Shown here in pieces: positions 49,854-63,705 of a DNA stretch of 64,000 nucleotides. The notes beneath the pieces are model-generated. The model made no database searches. It was not told where the DNA came from and saw nothing but the letters and a program-made list of their open reading frames with translations. Within the stretch, counting starts at the first letter, position 1. Every line of letters begins with the position of its first letter. The stretch is from Anthoceros angustus (lineage: Eukaryota > Plantae > Anthocerotophyta), in contig MU008178.1 in NCBI GenBank assembly GCA_010909165.1, forward strand, positions 260,369 to 324,368. The letters run 5' to 3'. Made by a program: the position numbers and the translations under genes.

Positions 49854-50926
49854 TTCTTCGCACATCTTCTCTCCAACCACCTCATCCGCAAGGACCTCAA
49901 ATTAAGATACCTTCGTCTCACTTGGTCCCCATTTCAAAAGGAGGAGTTTTGTGTCAATCCTCCTTTTGGTTTCTCACCAGCCCGCTATCAACTTAGTTCT
50001 CTTCTTTCCTTCAAACTCGTAAACTCAATTTAGTTAATTGTTAGCTCGCATCACCTCGGGATTGAGGCGGGTGCGGCATGAAAGGCGTTCTTAGGCAGCC
50101 GATTCGGTGTCTGGCGGCTAGGGCTCTCTCTTACCAAGATGGGCATTAATCGTGGATATTAGCTAGATAGTTCTATAATGAGGGAGAAAGATTTAGGCAA
50201 ATGTTTCGATGTGAGACGATTCCTATCACGGAGTCTTTTAGATAGACTTGACCACGGCTATAATCTATCGAGTTGGATAATCGAAATGAGCAACTTTTTG
50301 TGTCTAGTTTGTCGTTTTGCAAATAGGTTACAACTTTTCACATCCCATGAAAGATGGCTTGATTACGATCGTGGTGCAAGTATGCGGTCACGGACATGGT
50401 CATAGATACCACCAAACCTAATTGAAGAGATCACAAGATCTCAACGCAAATGGAGATCAATGTCATGAGTTTTCACCTTCGTCGTGACTTTGCCTCCGGT
50501 TCAGTGGATCATGCTACCGCTAATTGTATTTTTGATCCAACTTTGGAACTCCCACAATAGAGAACCTTGGGAAAGATGATTAATCAGAACAAAGGTGCGG
50601 AACAATTTGGGGTACATCAATATAGTTAGTTGTGATGGACTTGGATCATGTGATTGATAACCCTCATCCAATGATTTTTTTGTGTTTTAATATTATTTTA
50701 ACATTATCGCTCCCAATTCCAAACCCACGGCCAAAGAAAAAGAAGATGGTCTTTTATGCAGAAACATATTGTACTCAATATTTAATTAAATATTAAATAT
50801 ATTTATTATCGAGAGTTTGGAATGGAGAAGGCTATATATATAGACTTAGGTCTTAAGTCCTCATCCTTTTCCGATCTTTGAGGATAAGGTATATGATTAT
50901 TTGTGATAGAAAATAGAATTGTCACC

Positions 50927-52847
50927 ATGTTTGTTTGGTTACTTGTATGCTTGTTTAATGTGTCCATATTGTATCACAATGGAGTTGTGATGGCAAACAT
51001 ATTGAGTCTACCCCTTGGATGATGCCAACTTCCTCTTAACCAATTTTCAAAGGCCATTCCTCGAATCGCATAATGTATTCCACTTGTTCTACTTTTATAT
51101 TTGTTTGATCCAATAGTCTGCTCATCAATGTGCATGTGATTATACAAACGATATTTCTTTTGTTTTCAATGGAGTGATTATGCATGTGGAATGACGATAA
51201 TTCTTTGGTGAGTGTCCTGCGACTTTCGGATGGTACAATCGTAGATTGCGTGAAGATAGAAGATCAATTAACGTTACAACATCCACTTTTGAAGGACATG
51301 TTATACAAGTATGTATTTATATTCAAGTTACAAGTCATTCTTGTAATCAACAATATCTAGAACATTCAAGTATGGATATTAATATAGTTTTGTTTTGCGA
51401 AACCACCGGTTTCACTAAGACATAATTATGTGGAGTCCACGAATGTCAAAGCGTGCAATCCAAATTTATGAACAAGAAGTGGGTTCATGTCCAAAAGGTA
51501 CCATTCCAATTCAAAGGTTCACTTACGAGCAAATGAATAGAAGTATAGAAGTGAAGAGGAGAGTCGACATAAGTCGCGAGGTGAAGAGGAGAGTCGACAA
51601 TGGACGGAGGTCTCTCCTCATGTTGAAGATGATGGCTTTTTATTTGAGGTATACTATTCATGGTCCACATTCCATTTTGTTTACACTTAAGGGTATTTGC
51701 ACCGATACTAATGAGGATAAATTTGCGGTGATACTAAATATGAATTGACTCGTATGTTTATGTGAGATACAGCCGTATACTCTGGCAACAACAAGACTAC
51801 TTTTATGGGTAGTGCGGTGATTAGCATTTGGGATCCAGTTGTGAGAGAGGTCCAAATGATTTCTCAAGCTCATATATTCGTCTTGAAAGCCGTGGAGACT
51901 ATAAATATAATGGTGTTGATATTGGATGGCATGTAAGTCAAAAGGGTATAGTATTTGTTTGTTTTTATAAGCGCAAATGATACATGTACTTATTTTTCTC
52001 GCTTGTTGCAATTGCAGAAATTTCCATTTTGTATTCAAATGACCCTCTACCTCGTTTGTACATTGGATATAAGGTTAGTTCATACACTCATGTGCGTTCC
52101 TATATTTAATTATATTATTTTGAAAATCAGTTGGGTTCCAAACAACAATCCTTTCATCTTATGTGAGTCCATGTACAACGGTGTTTTAACTTGTTTTGCG
52201 CTGGGTTTGTGCAAACTAATCCGGCATTTGTGTTCGTGGTGCTTTCCTCACCGATTATGAGGGACAACTATAAATGCTCGGATAAGCAAAGTAAGTATAA
52301 CAATCTTTTATCAACAATTAGACAACAAAATGGACTTATTGACTCTCCATACTCATTCTTAGTTTGGACAATGTGATCCGTGATTCAAACACGGCTGATT
52401 TATGGTTGTTTATTAATGGACAAGCGTTGGTTATTAGCCGACATCAATATTTGATGGCTTTCTTTCTCTTGAACTATTTAATCACACGGAATGGGAGGCA
52501 ACCTTGGTATGACAAGTAAATATTCGCAAGTCATGTTGGGAAATGGGAGACTAGGATGATGCTCATGGTCCAAAGACAGTTGGTGGAGTGTACCGCCTAT
52601 CAAAGCTTGATGTATTTGATGAAGGATGACAAGAATAACATGCTGATTCCAAATTTCCTTGATAGAATAGTAATCCATTCAACTTATGAAGACAATTGGA
52701 ATGGAAAATCATTCTATGTTCATCAGAACAATATTCTTCACAGTATCGGTTTTTTTGGTGGGCGAGTGGTTCGAGATACCTTAGTCTCAAATCTTCCTCT
52801 TATGAAGCTAGTGAAGATACGGATGCATTTATGGAAGAAGTGCTATG
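50927..52847 (+). CDS. Neprosin-like gene copy 6
   Basis: Same exon motifs as copy 1. Confidence 0.75.
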
Positions 52848-53424
52848 AGAGAGAAACCCTTGAACCTTTGTCTATCTTTTATATTGTAGCAATGTCTTTT
52901 AAAATTTTTCGTTAACGCAGAACCGATATAGGATCGAGATTGTGATTCTAACGTCGTAACAATCCTTGTCCACATGTCATCCAGCAAATTTCTGATTTTG
53001 AAGAAACTCCTCTATACCCCACCGGCTTAGCCCATGAGGCCCAATGCGGCGTTGGAGCCAAGTGGTAAGACAAACAATCCACACAACGCGTACCTCGCAT
53101 TAAATCGAGCGGACTTCAACACCTAGTTGGTCCAAGTCACTCCCACGCAATTTATGGGAAAGCGGTGTTAAGGATAGTTTTGAATGTCTAACAACAACCC
53201 ATCACAAACCTCCCACCACGAACCCTTGCAGCAGATTTCAAGAGACTCCGGGGAAAATGAGTGTGATGCACCGAGTTATGTCAGCGATGCGGGGCAACGG
53301 TAATCAATCACGTTCTTGAATGTCAAGGCGGGGCGAGGACCAAAGAACTAAGGATGGACTATTTCACAAAGTTCAAAAAGCGTTGAAGTAAATATGGCGA
53401 AATAAACTTGGGCTCCAAATGAAT

Positions 53425-54085
53425 CAAGGTCCCATGCTCGCAAGAGATGTGTATCATGATTGCTTGGCCACCCTTTTGTGCCCTTCACTAGATAGAAGGT
53501 TGACCTAAAGCAATTCTAGTCAAATTGTTTAGTCACAAGCGTTCGACGCAGAGAGGAGTGGACCAGCGATGGAGATCGCAAAGGGTATCGTGCCACTCAC
53601 CTTCACTATCTCGTGTCGAGAATGAGGAAGGTTGTAGGCAACCAACACCTGAAATGGAAAGCACGCACAAAACGACTTATCATACAACTAGGTAGAGCCC
53701 GTATAATGTGATGACAAATGGGCACAATCACCTTAAAAGGGTCTCCTCTCAATGACCGCACGTAAAGGGAATTTTTCATACCACGACCTTGCAACATAGC
53801 ACATGCCTGCGTTAGATTGTTGCAAACTACATATGCTTTGTTGACTGGTAAATCCACCATCAAAGTAACATACCTCCAACGCCACATCCCAAAGACGCCT
53901 CCCTGTGCACGAAAATCGTCACGACATTCTCCTCACAACTTCATGTGATTATGTAATGCCTTCCATTCATATAGTAAGGCGTGTGTAATTAATTATACTG
54001 GAGCCATGTCAAACATCATATGCAATATGCCATCCACAAGCAGATGTTGCCGTGCAACCAATCAAATTCGGATGATACGTTTAGA
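53425..54085 (-). pseudogene. Antisense DHU1-like 3' fragment
   Basis: Reverse complement matches the DHU1 3' end. Confidence 0.85.
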
Positions 54086-55167
54086 TTTCTTCGCACATCT
54101 TCTCTCCAACCACCTCATCCGCAAGGACCTCAAATTAAGATACCTTCGTCTCACTTGGTCCCCATTTCAAAAGGAGGAGTTTTGTGTCAATCCTCCTTTT
54201 GGTTTCTCGACTTGTGCCCGCTATCAACTTAGTTCTCTTCTTTCCTTCAAACTCCGTAAACTCAATTTAGTTAATTGTTAGCTCGCATCACCTCGGGATT
54301 GAGAGGATGCGGCATGAAAGGCGTTCTTAGGCAGCCTGATTCGGTGTCTGGCGGCTAGGGCTCTGTCTCTTACCAAGATGGGCTGTTAATCGGCGGATAT
54401 TAGCTAGATAGTTCTATAATGAGGAGAAAGATTTAGGCAAATGTTTCGATGTGACGATTCCTATCACGAGTCTTTTAGATAGACTTGACCATCCGGCTAT
54501 AATCTATCGTTGGATAATCGAAATGAGCAACTTTTTGTGTCTAGTTTGTCGTTTTGCAAATAGGTTACAACTTTTCACATCCCGAAAGATGGCTTGATTA
54601 CGATCGTGGTGCAAGTATGCAGCGAGACATGGTCATAGATACCACCAAACCTAATTGAAGAGATCACAAGATCTCAACGCAAATGGAGATCAATGTCATG
54701 AGTTTTCACCTTTAAATGATCGGCTTTGCCTCCAGTTTGAGTGGATCATGCTACCGCTAATTGTATTTTTGATCCAACTTTGGAACTCCACAATAGAGAA
54801 CCTTGGGAAAGATGATTAATCATAACAAAGGTGCGGAACAATTTGGGGTACATCAATATAGTTAGTTGTGATGGACTTGGATCATGTGATTGATAACCCT
54901 CATCCAATGATTTTTTTGTGTTTTTAATATTATTTTAACATTATCGCTCCCAATTCCAAACCCAATTCGCCAAAGAAAAAGAAGATGGTCTTTTATGCCT
55001 GAAACATATTGTACTCAATATTTAATTAAATATTAAATATATTTATTATCGAGAGTTTGGAATGGAGAAGGCTATATATATGTAGACTTGCGGTCTTAAG
55101 TCCTCATCCTTTTCCAGTCTGGGGATAAGGTATATGATTATTTGTGATAGAAAATAGAATTGTCACC

Positions 55168-57091
55168 ATGTTTGTTTGGTTACTTGTATGCTTGTTTAAT
55201 GTGTCCATATTGTATCACAATGGAGTTGTGATGGCAAACATATTGAGTCTACCCCTTGGATGATGCCAACTTCCTCTTAACCAATTTTCAAAGGCCATTC
55301 CTCGAATCGCATAATGTATTCCACTTGTTCTACTTTTATATTTGTTTGATCCAATAGTCATTCATCAATGTGCATGTGATTATACAAAGCGATATTTCTT
55401 TTGTTTTCAATGGAGTGATTATGCATGTGGACGAACGATAATTCTTTGGTGAGTGTCCTGCACTTTCGGATGGTACAATCGTAGATTGCGTGAAGATAGA
55501 AGATCAATTAACGTTACAACATCCACTTTTTGAAGGACATGTTATACAAGTATGTATTTATATTCAAGTTACAAGTCATTCTTGTAATCAACAATATCTA
55601 GAACATTCAAGTATGGATATTAATATAGTTTTGTTTTGCGAAACCACCGGTTTCACTAAGACATAATTATGTGGAGTCCACGAATGTCAAACGTGCAATC
55701 CAAATTTATGAACAAGAAGTGGGTTCATGTCCAAAAGGTACCATTCCAATTCAAAGGTTCACTTACGAGCAAATGAATAGAAGTATAGAAGTGAAGAGGA
55801 GAGTCGACATAAGTCGCGAGGTGAAGAGGAGAGTCGACAATGGACGGAGGTCTCTCCTCATGTTGAAGATGATGGCTTTTATTTTGAGGTATACTATTCA
55901 TGGTCCACATTCCATTTTGTTTACACTTAAGGGTATTTGCACGATACTAATGAGGATAAATTTGCACGGTGATACTAAATATGAATTGACTCGTATGTTT
56001 ATGTGAGATACAGCCGTATACTCGTACAACAACAAGACTACTTTTATGGAGTGTGCGGTGATTAGCATTTGGGATCCAGTTGAGAGAGGTCCAAATGATT
56101 TCTCAAGCTCATATATTCGTCTTGAAAGCCGAGGAGACTATGGCGAATATAATGGTGTTGATATTGGATGGCATGTAAGTCAAAAGGGTATAGTATTTGT
56201 TTGTTTTTATAAGCGCAAATGATACATGTACTTATTTTTCTCGCTTGTTGCAATTGCAGAAATTTCCATTTTGTATTCAAATGACCCTCTACCTCGTTTG
56301 TACATTGGATATAAGGTTAGTTCATACACTCATGCGTTCCTATATTTAATTATATTATTTTGAAAATCAGTTGGGTTCCAAACAACAATCCTTTCATCTT
56401 ATGTGCGTCCATGTACAACGGTGTTTTAACTTGTTTTCTGGGTTTGTGCAAACTAATCCGGCATTTGTGTTCGGTGGTGCTTTCCTCACGATTATGAGGG
56501 ACAACTATAAATGCTCGATAAGCAAAGTAAGTATAACAATCTTTTATCAACAATTAGACAACAAAATGGACTTATTGACTCTCCATACTCATTCTTAGTT
56601 TGGACAATGTGATCCAGGATTCAAACACGGCTGATTTATGGTTGTTTATTAATGGACAAGATTTGGTTGTTGGCCGACATCAATATTTGATGGCTTTCTT
56701 TCTCTTGAACTATTTAATCACCGGAATGGGAGGCAACCTTGGTATGACAAGTAAATATTCGCAAGTCATGTTGGGAAATGGGAGACTAGGATGACGGATG
56801 CTCATGGTCCAACAGTTGGTGACGAGTGTAAGCCTATCAAAAGCGGCTTGATGTATTTGATGAAGGATGACAAGAATAACATCGATTCCAAATTTCCTTG
56901 ATAGAATAGTAATCCATTCAACTTATGAAGACAATTGGAATGGAAAATCATTCTATGTTCCATTGCTAAACAATATTCTTCACAGTATCGGTTTTTTTTG
57001 GTGGGCGAGTGGTTCGAGATACCTTAGTCTCAAATCTTCCTCTTATGAAGCTAGTGAAGATACGGATGCATTTATGGAAGAAGTGCTATGA
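55168..57091 (+). CDS. Neprosin-like gene copy 7
   Basis: Same exon motifs as copy 1. Confidence 0.75.
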
Positions 57092-57159
57092 GAGAGAAAC
57101 CCTTGAACCTTTGTCTATCTTTTATATTGTAGCAATGTCTTTTAAAATTTTTCGTTAAC

Positions 57160-58284
57160 GCACCGATACTAATGAGGATAAACGGTGATACTAAATATGA
57201 ATTGACTCGTATGTTTATGTGAGATACTGGTACTGACAACAACAAGACTACTTTTATGGAGTGTGCGGTGATTAGCATTTGGGATCCAGTTGTGAGAGGT
57301 CCAAATGATTTCTCAAGCTCATATATTCGTCTTGAAAGCCAGACTATGGCGAATATAATGGTGTTGATATTGGATGGCATGTAAGTCAAAAGGGTATAGT
57401 ATTTGTTTGTTTTTATAAGCGCAAATGATACATGTACTTATTTTTGTTGCAATTGCAGAAATTTCCATTTTGTATTCAAATGACCCTCTACCTCGTTTGT
57501 ACATTGGATATAAGGTTAGTTCATACACTCATATGCGTTCCTATATTTAATTATATTATTTTGAAAATCAGTTGGGTTCCAAACAACAATCCTTTCATCT
57601 TATGTGCATCCATGTACACGGGTGTTTTAACTTGTTTTGCGCTGGGTTTGTGCAAACTAATCCGCATTTGTGTTCGTGGTGCTTTCCTCGATTATGAGGG
57701 ACAACTATAAATGCTCGGATAAGCAAAGTAAGTATAACAATCTTTTATCAACAATTAGACAACAAAATGGACTTATTGACTCTCCATACTCATTCTTAGT
57801 TTGGACAATGTGATCCGTGATTCAAACACGGCTGATTTATGGTTGTTTATTAATGGACAAATGATTGGTTATTGGCCGACATCAATATTTGATGGCTTTC
57901 TTTCTCTTGAACTATTTAATCACCGGAATGGGAGGCAACCTTGGTATGACAAGTAAATATTCAAGTCATGTTGGGAAATGGGAGACTAGGGACAGATGCT
58001 CATGGTCCGACAGGTTGGTGGAGTGTCTACCTATCAAAACGGCTTGATGTATTTGATGAAGGATGACAAGAATAACATCGATTCCAAATTTCCTTGATAG
58101 AATAGTAATCCATTCAACTTATGAAGACAATTGGAATGGAAAATCATTCTATGTTCCAACATAAACAATATTCTTCACAGTATCGGTTTTTTTTTGGTGG
58201 GCGAGTGGTTCGACACTTAGTCTCAAATCTTCCTCTTATGAAGCTAGTGAAGATACGGATGCATTTATGGAAGAAGTGCTATGA
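57160..58284 (+). pseudogene. 5'-truncated neprosin-like copy (~1.2-kb internal tandem duplication)
   Basis: The 3' flank TTAACGCA switches to CCGATACTAATGAGG, an internal position of the gene. Confidence 0.8.
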
Positions 58285-58854
58285 GAGAGAAACCCTTGAA
58301 CCTTTGTCTATCTTTTATATTGTAGCAATGTCTTTTAAAATTTTTAGTTAACGCACCGATATAGGATCGGGATTGTGATTCTAACGTCGTAACAATCCTT
58401 GTCCACATGTCATCCAGCAAATTTCTGATTTTGAAGAAACTCCTCTATACCCCACCGGCTTAGCCCACGCAAGGCCCAATGCGTGCGTTGGAGCCACAGT
58501 GGTAAGACAAACAATCCACACATACCTCCGCATTAAATCCGAACGGACTTCAACACCTAGTTGGTCCAAGTCACTCCCACGCAATTTATGGGAAGCGGTG
58601 TTAAGGATAGTTTTGAATGTCTAACAACAACCCATCACAAACCTCCCACCCAGAACCCTTGCAGATTTCAAGAGACTCGGGGAAAATGAGTGTGATGCAC
58701 CGAGTTATGTCAACGCGATCAGGGCTTGGCCAGAATCAATCACGTTCTTGAATGTCAAGTAGGACCGGGGACCAAAGAACTAAGGATGGACTATTTCACA
58801 AAGTTCAAAAGCGTTGAAGTAAATATGGCGAAATAAACTTGCTCCAAATGAATC

Positions 58855-59503
58855 AAGGTCCCATGCTACTTAAGAGATGTGTCTGATTCCTTGGCCACCC
58901 CTTTGTGCCCTTCACTAGATAGAAGGTTGACCTAAAGCAATTCTAGTCAAATTGTTTAGTCACAGCGTTACTGATGAGTGGACCAGCGATGGCGATCGCA
59001 AAGGTCGGGCCACTCACCTTCACTATCTCGGTCGAGAATGAGGAAGGTTGTAGGCAACCAACACACGAAATGGAAAGCTGCACAAAAGCGACTTATCATA
59101 CAACTAGGTAGAGCCCGTATAATGTGATGACAAATGGGCACAATCACCTTAAAAGGGTCTCCTCTCAATGACCGCACGTAAAGGGAATTTTTCATACCAC
59201 GACCTTGCAACATAGCACATGCTGCGTTAGATTGTTGCAAACTACATATGCTTTGTTGACTGGTAAATCCACCATCAAAGTAACATACCTCCAACGCCAC
59301 ATCCCAAAGACGCCTCCTGTGTGCACAAATAAATACGACATTCTCCTCACAACTTCATGTGATTATGTAATGCCTTCCATTCATATAGTAAGGCGTGTGT
59401 AATTAAAACGTACGGGAGCCATGTCAAACATCATATGCAATATGCCATCCACAACAGATGTTGCCGTCGTGCAACCAATCAAATTCGGATGATACGTTTA
59501 GAT
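58855..59503 (-). pseudogene. Antisense DHU1-like 3' fragment
   Basis: Reverse complement matches the DHU1 3' end. Confidence 0.85.
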
Positions 59504-60567
59504 TTCTTCGCACATCTTCTCTCCAACCACCTCATCCAAGGACCTCAAATTAAGATACCTTCGTCTCACTTGGTCCCCATTTCAAAAGGAGGAGTTTTGT
59601 GTCAATCCTCCTTTTGGTTTCTCGACAGCCGCTATCAACTTAGTTTCTTCTTTCCTTCAAACTCAGTAAACTCAATTTAGTTAATTGTTAGCTCGCATCA
59701 CCTCGGGATTGAGGCGGGTGCGGCATGAAAGGCGTTCTTAGGCAGCCGATTCGGTGTCTGGCGGCTAGGGCTCTCTTACCAAGATGGTCGTTAATCGGCG
59801 GATATTAGCTAGATAGTTCTATAATGAGGGAGAAAGATTTAGGCAAATGTTTCGATGTGAGACGATTCCTATCACGGTCTTTTAGATAGACTTGACCATC
59901 CGGCTATAATCTATCGTTGGATAATCGAAATGAGCAACTTTTGTGTCTAGTTTGTCGTTTTGCAAATAGGTTACAACTTTTCACATCATGAAAGATGGCT
60001 TGATTACGATCGTGGTGCAAGTATGCGTGCGAGACATGGTCATAGATACCACCAAACCTAATTGAAGAGATCACAAGATCTCAACGCAAATGGAGATCAA
60101 TGTCATGAGTTTTCACCTTGCCGATTTGCCTCCAGTTTGAGTGGATCATGCTACCGCTAATTGTATTTTTGATCCAACTTTGGAACTCCCACAATAGAGA
60201 ACCTTGGGAAGATGATTAATCAGAACAAAGGTGCGGAACAATTTGGGGTACATCAATATAGTTAGTTGTGATGGACTTGGATCATGTGATTGATAACCCT
60301 CATCCAATGATTTTTTTGTGTTTTAATATTATTTTAACATTATCGCTCCCAATTCCAAACCCAATTACGCCAAAGAAAAAAGAAGATGGTCTTTTATGCC
60401 AAACATATTGTACTCAATATTTAATTAAATATTAATATATTTATTATCGAGAGTTTGGAATGGAGAAGGCTATATATATGTAGACTTGCAGTCTTAAGTC
60501 CTCATCCTTTTCCAGTCTTTGGGGATAAGGTATATGATTATTTGTGATAGAAAATAGAATTGTCACC

Positions 60568-62477
60568 ATGTTTGTTTGGTTACTTGTATGCTTGTTTAAT
60601 GTGTCCATATTGTATCACAATGGAGTTGTGATGGCAAACATATTGGAGTCTACCCCTTGGATGATGCCAACTTCCTCTTAACCAATTTTCAAAGGCCATT
60701 CCTCGAATCGCATAATGTATTCCACTTGTTCTACTTTATATTTGTTTGATCCAATAGTCTGCTCATCAATGTGCATGTGATTATACAAACGATATTTCTT
60801 TTGTTTTCAATGGAGTGATTATGCATGTGGACGAACGATAATTCTTTGGTGAGTGTCCTGCGACTTCGGATGGTACAATCGTAGATTGCGTGAAGATAGA
60901 AGATCAATTAACGTTACAACATCCACTTTTGAAGGACATGTTATACAAGTATGTATTTATATTCAAGTTACAAGTCATTCTTGTAATCAACAATATCTAG
61001 AACATTCAAGTATGGATATTAATATAGTTTTGTTTTGCGAAACCACCGGTTTCACTAAGACATAATTATGTGGAGTCCACGAATGTCAAACGTGCAATCC
61101 AAATTTATGAACAAGAAGTGGGTTCATGTCCAAAAGGTACCATTCCAATTCAAAGGTTCACTTACGAGCAAATGAATAGAAGTATAGAAGTGAAGAGGAG
61201 AGTCGACATAAGTCGTGAAGAGGAGAGTCGACAATGGACGGAGGTCTCTCCTCATGTTGAAGATGATGGCTTTTTATTTTGAGGTATACTATTCATGGTC
61301 CACATTCCATTTTGTTTACACTTAAGGGTATTTGCACGATACTAATGAGGATAAATTTGCAGTGATACTAAATATGAATTGACTCGTATGTTTATGTGAG
61401 ATACAGAGTATACTCAACAACAAGACTACTTTTATGGAGTAGTGCGGTGATTAGCATTTGGGATCCAGTTGTGAGAGAGGTCCAAATGATTTCTCAAGCT
61501 CATATATTCGTCTTGAAAGCCGGAGACTATGGCGAATATAATGGTGTTGATATTGGATGGCATGTAAGTCAAAAGGGTATAGTATTTGTTTGTTTTTATA
61601 AGCGCAAATGATACATGTACTTATTTTTCTCGCTTGTTGCAATTGCAGAAATTTCCATTTTGTATTCAAATGACCCTCTACCTCGTTTGTACATTGGATA
61701 TAAGGTTAGTTCATACACTCATGTGCGTTCCTATATTTAATTATATTATTTTGAAAATCAGTTGGGTTCCAAACAACAATCCTTTCATCTTATGGGTCCA
61801 TGTACAATTGTTTTAACTTGTTTTGCGCTGGGTTTGTGCAAACTAATCCGGCATTTGTGTTCGGTGGTGCTTTCCTCACGATTATGAGGGACAACTATAA
61901 ATGCTCGGATAAGCAAAGTAAGTATAACAATCTTTTATCAACAATTAGACAACAAAATGGACTTATTGACTCTCCATACTCATTCTTAGTTTGGACAATG
62001 TGATCCGATTCAAACACGGCTGATTTATGGTTGTTTATTAATGGACAAGCGGTTGGTTATTGGCCGACATCAATATTTGATGGCTTTCTTTCTCTTGAAC
62101 TATTTAATCACGGAATGGGAGGCAACCTTGGTATGACAAGTAAATATTCGCAAGTCATGTTGGGAAATGGGAGACTAGGGATGATGCTCATGGTCCAAGA
62201 GGTTGGTGTGAGTGTCTGGCCTATCAAAAACGCTTGATGTATTTGATGAAGGATGACAAGAATAACATCGATTCCAAATTTCCTTGATAGAATAGTAATC
62301 CATTCAACTTATGAAGACAATTGGAATGGAAAATCATTCTATGTTCCGATCATAAACAATATTCTTCCCGTATCTGGTTTTTTTTGGTGGGCGAGTGGTT
62401 CGAGGATACCTTAGTCTCAAATCTTCCTCTTATGAAGCTAGTGAAGATACGGATGCATTTATGGAAGAAGTGCTATG
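60568..62477 (+). CDS. Neprosin-like gene copy 8
   Basis: Same exon motifs. A 5-nt deletion at ~61215 shifts exon 3 into the ...SRQWTEVSPHVEDDGFLF frame. Confidence 0.75.
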
Positions 62478-63055
62478 AGAGAGAAACCCTTGAACCTTTG
62501 TCTATCTTTTATATTGTAGCAATGTCTTTTAAAATTTTTTTTCGTTAACGAACCGATATAGGATCGGGGATTGTGATTCTAACGTCGTAACAATCCTTGT
62601 CCACATGTCATCCAGCAAATTTCTGATTTTGAAGAAACTCCTCTATACCCCACCCGGCTTAGCCGCAAGGCCCAATGCGTGCGTTGGAGCCACAGTGGTA
62701 AGACAAACAATCCACAACGTACCTCCGCATTAAATCCGAACGGACTTCAACACCTAGTTGGTCCAAGTCACTCCCACGCAATTTATGGGAAGCGGTGTTA
62801 AGGATAGTTTTGAATGTCTAACAACAACCCATCACAAACCTCCCACCGAACCCTTGCAGCAGATTTCAAGAGACTCCGGGAAAATGAGTGTGATGCACGA
62901 GTTATGTCAATGCAGGGCTTGACGGAGAATCAATCACGTTCTTGAATGTCAAGGCCGGAATGAGGCGGGACCAAAGAACTAAGGATGGACTATTTCACAA
63001 AGTTCAAAAAGCGTTGAAGTAAATATGGCGAAATAAACTTGGGCTCCAAATGAAT

Positions 63056-63705
63056 CAAGGTCCCCATGCTCGCAAGAGATGTGTCTTCGGTTCAGCAGCC
63101 ACCCTTTGTGCCCTTCACTAGATAGAAGGTTGACCTAAAGCAATTCTAGTCAAATTGTTTAGTCTGGCATTCAAGCCGATGGGAGTGGACCAGCGGTGAT
63201 GTGCAAAGGGTATCGTGCCACTCACCTTCACTATCTCGGTCGAGAATGAGGAAGGTTGTAGGCAACCAACACACGAAATGGAAAGCACAACGACTTATCA
63301 TACAACTAGGTAGAGCCCGTATAATGTGATGACAAATGGGCACAATCACCTTAAAAGGGTCTCCTCTCAATGACCGCACGTAAAGGGAATTTTTCATACC
63401 ACGACCTTGCAACATAGCACATGCTGCGTTAGATTGTTGCAAACTACATATCTTTGTTGACTGGTAAATCCACCATCAAAGTAACATACCTCCAACGCCA
63501 CATCCCAAAGACGCCTCGTGTGTGCACAGCAAATACGTCGACATTCTCCTCACAACTTCATGTGATTGTAATGCCTTCCATTCATATAGTAAGGCGTGTG
63601 TAATTACATTTATTAGGGAGCCATGTCAAACATCATATGCAATATGCCATCCACAAGCAGATGTTGCCGTCGTGCAACCAATCAAATTCGGATGATACGT
63701 TTAGA
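63056..63705 (-). pseudogene. Antisense DHU1-like 3' fragment (last visible unit)
   Basis: Reverse complement matches the DHU1 3' end. Confidence 0.85.
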
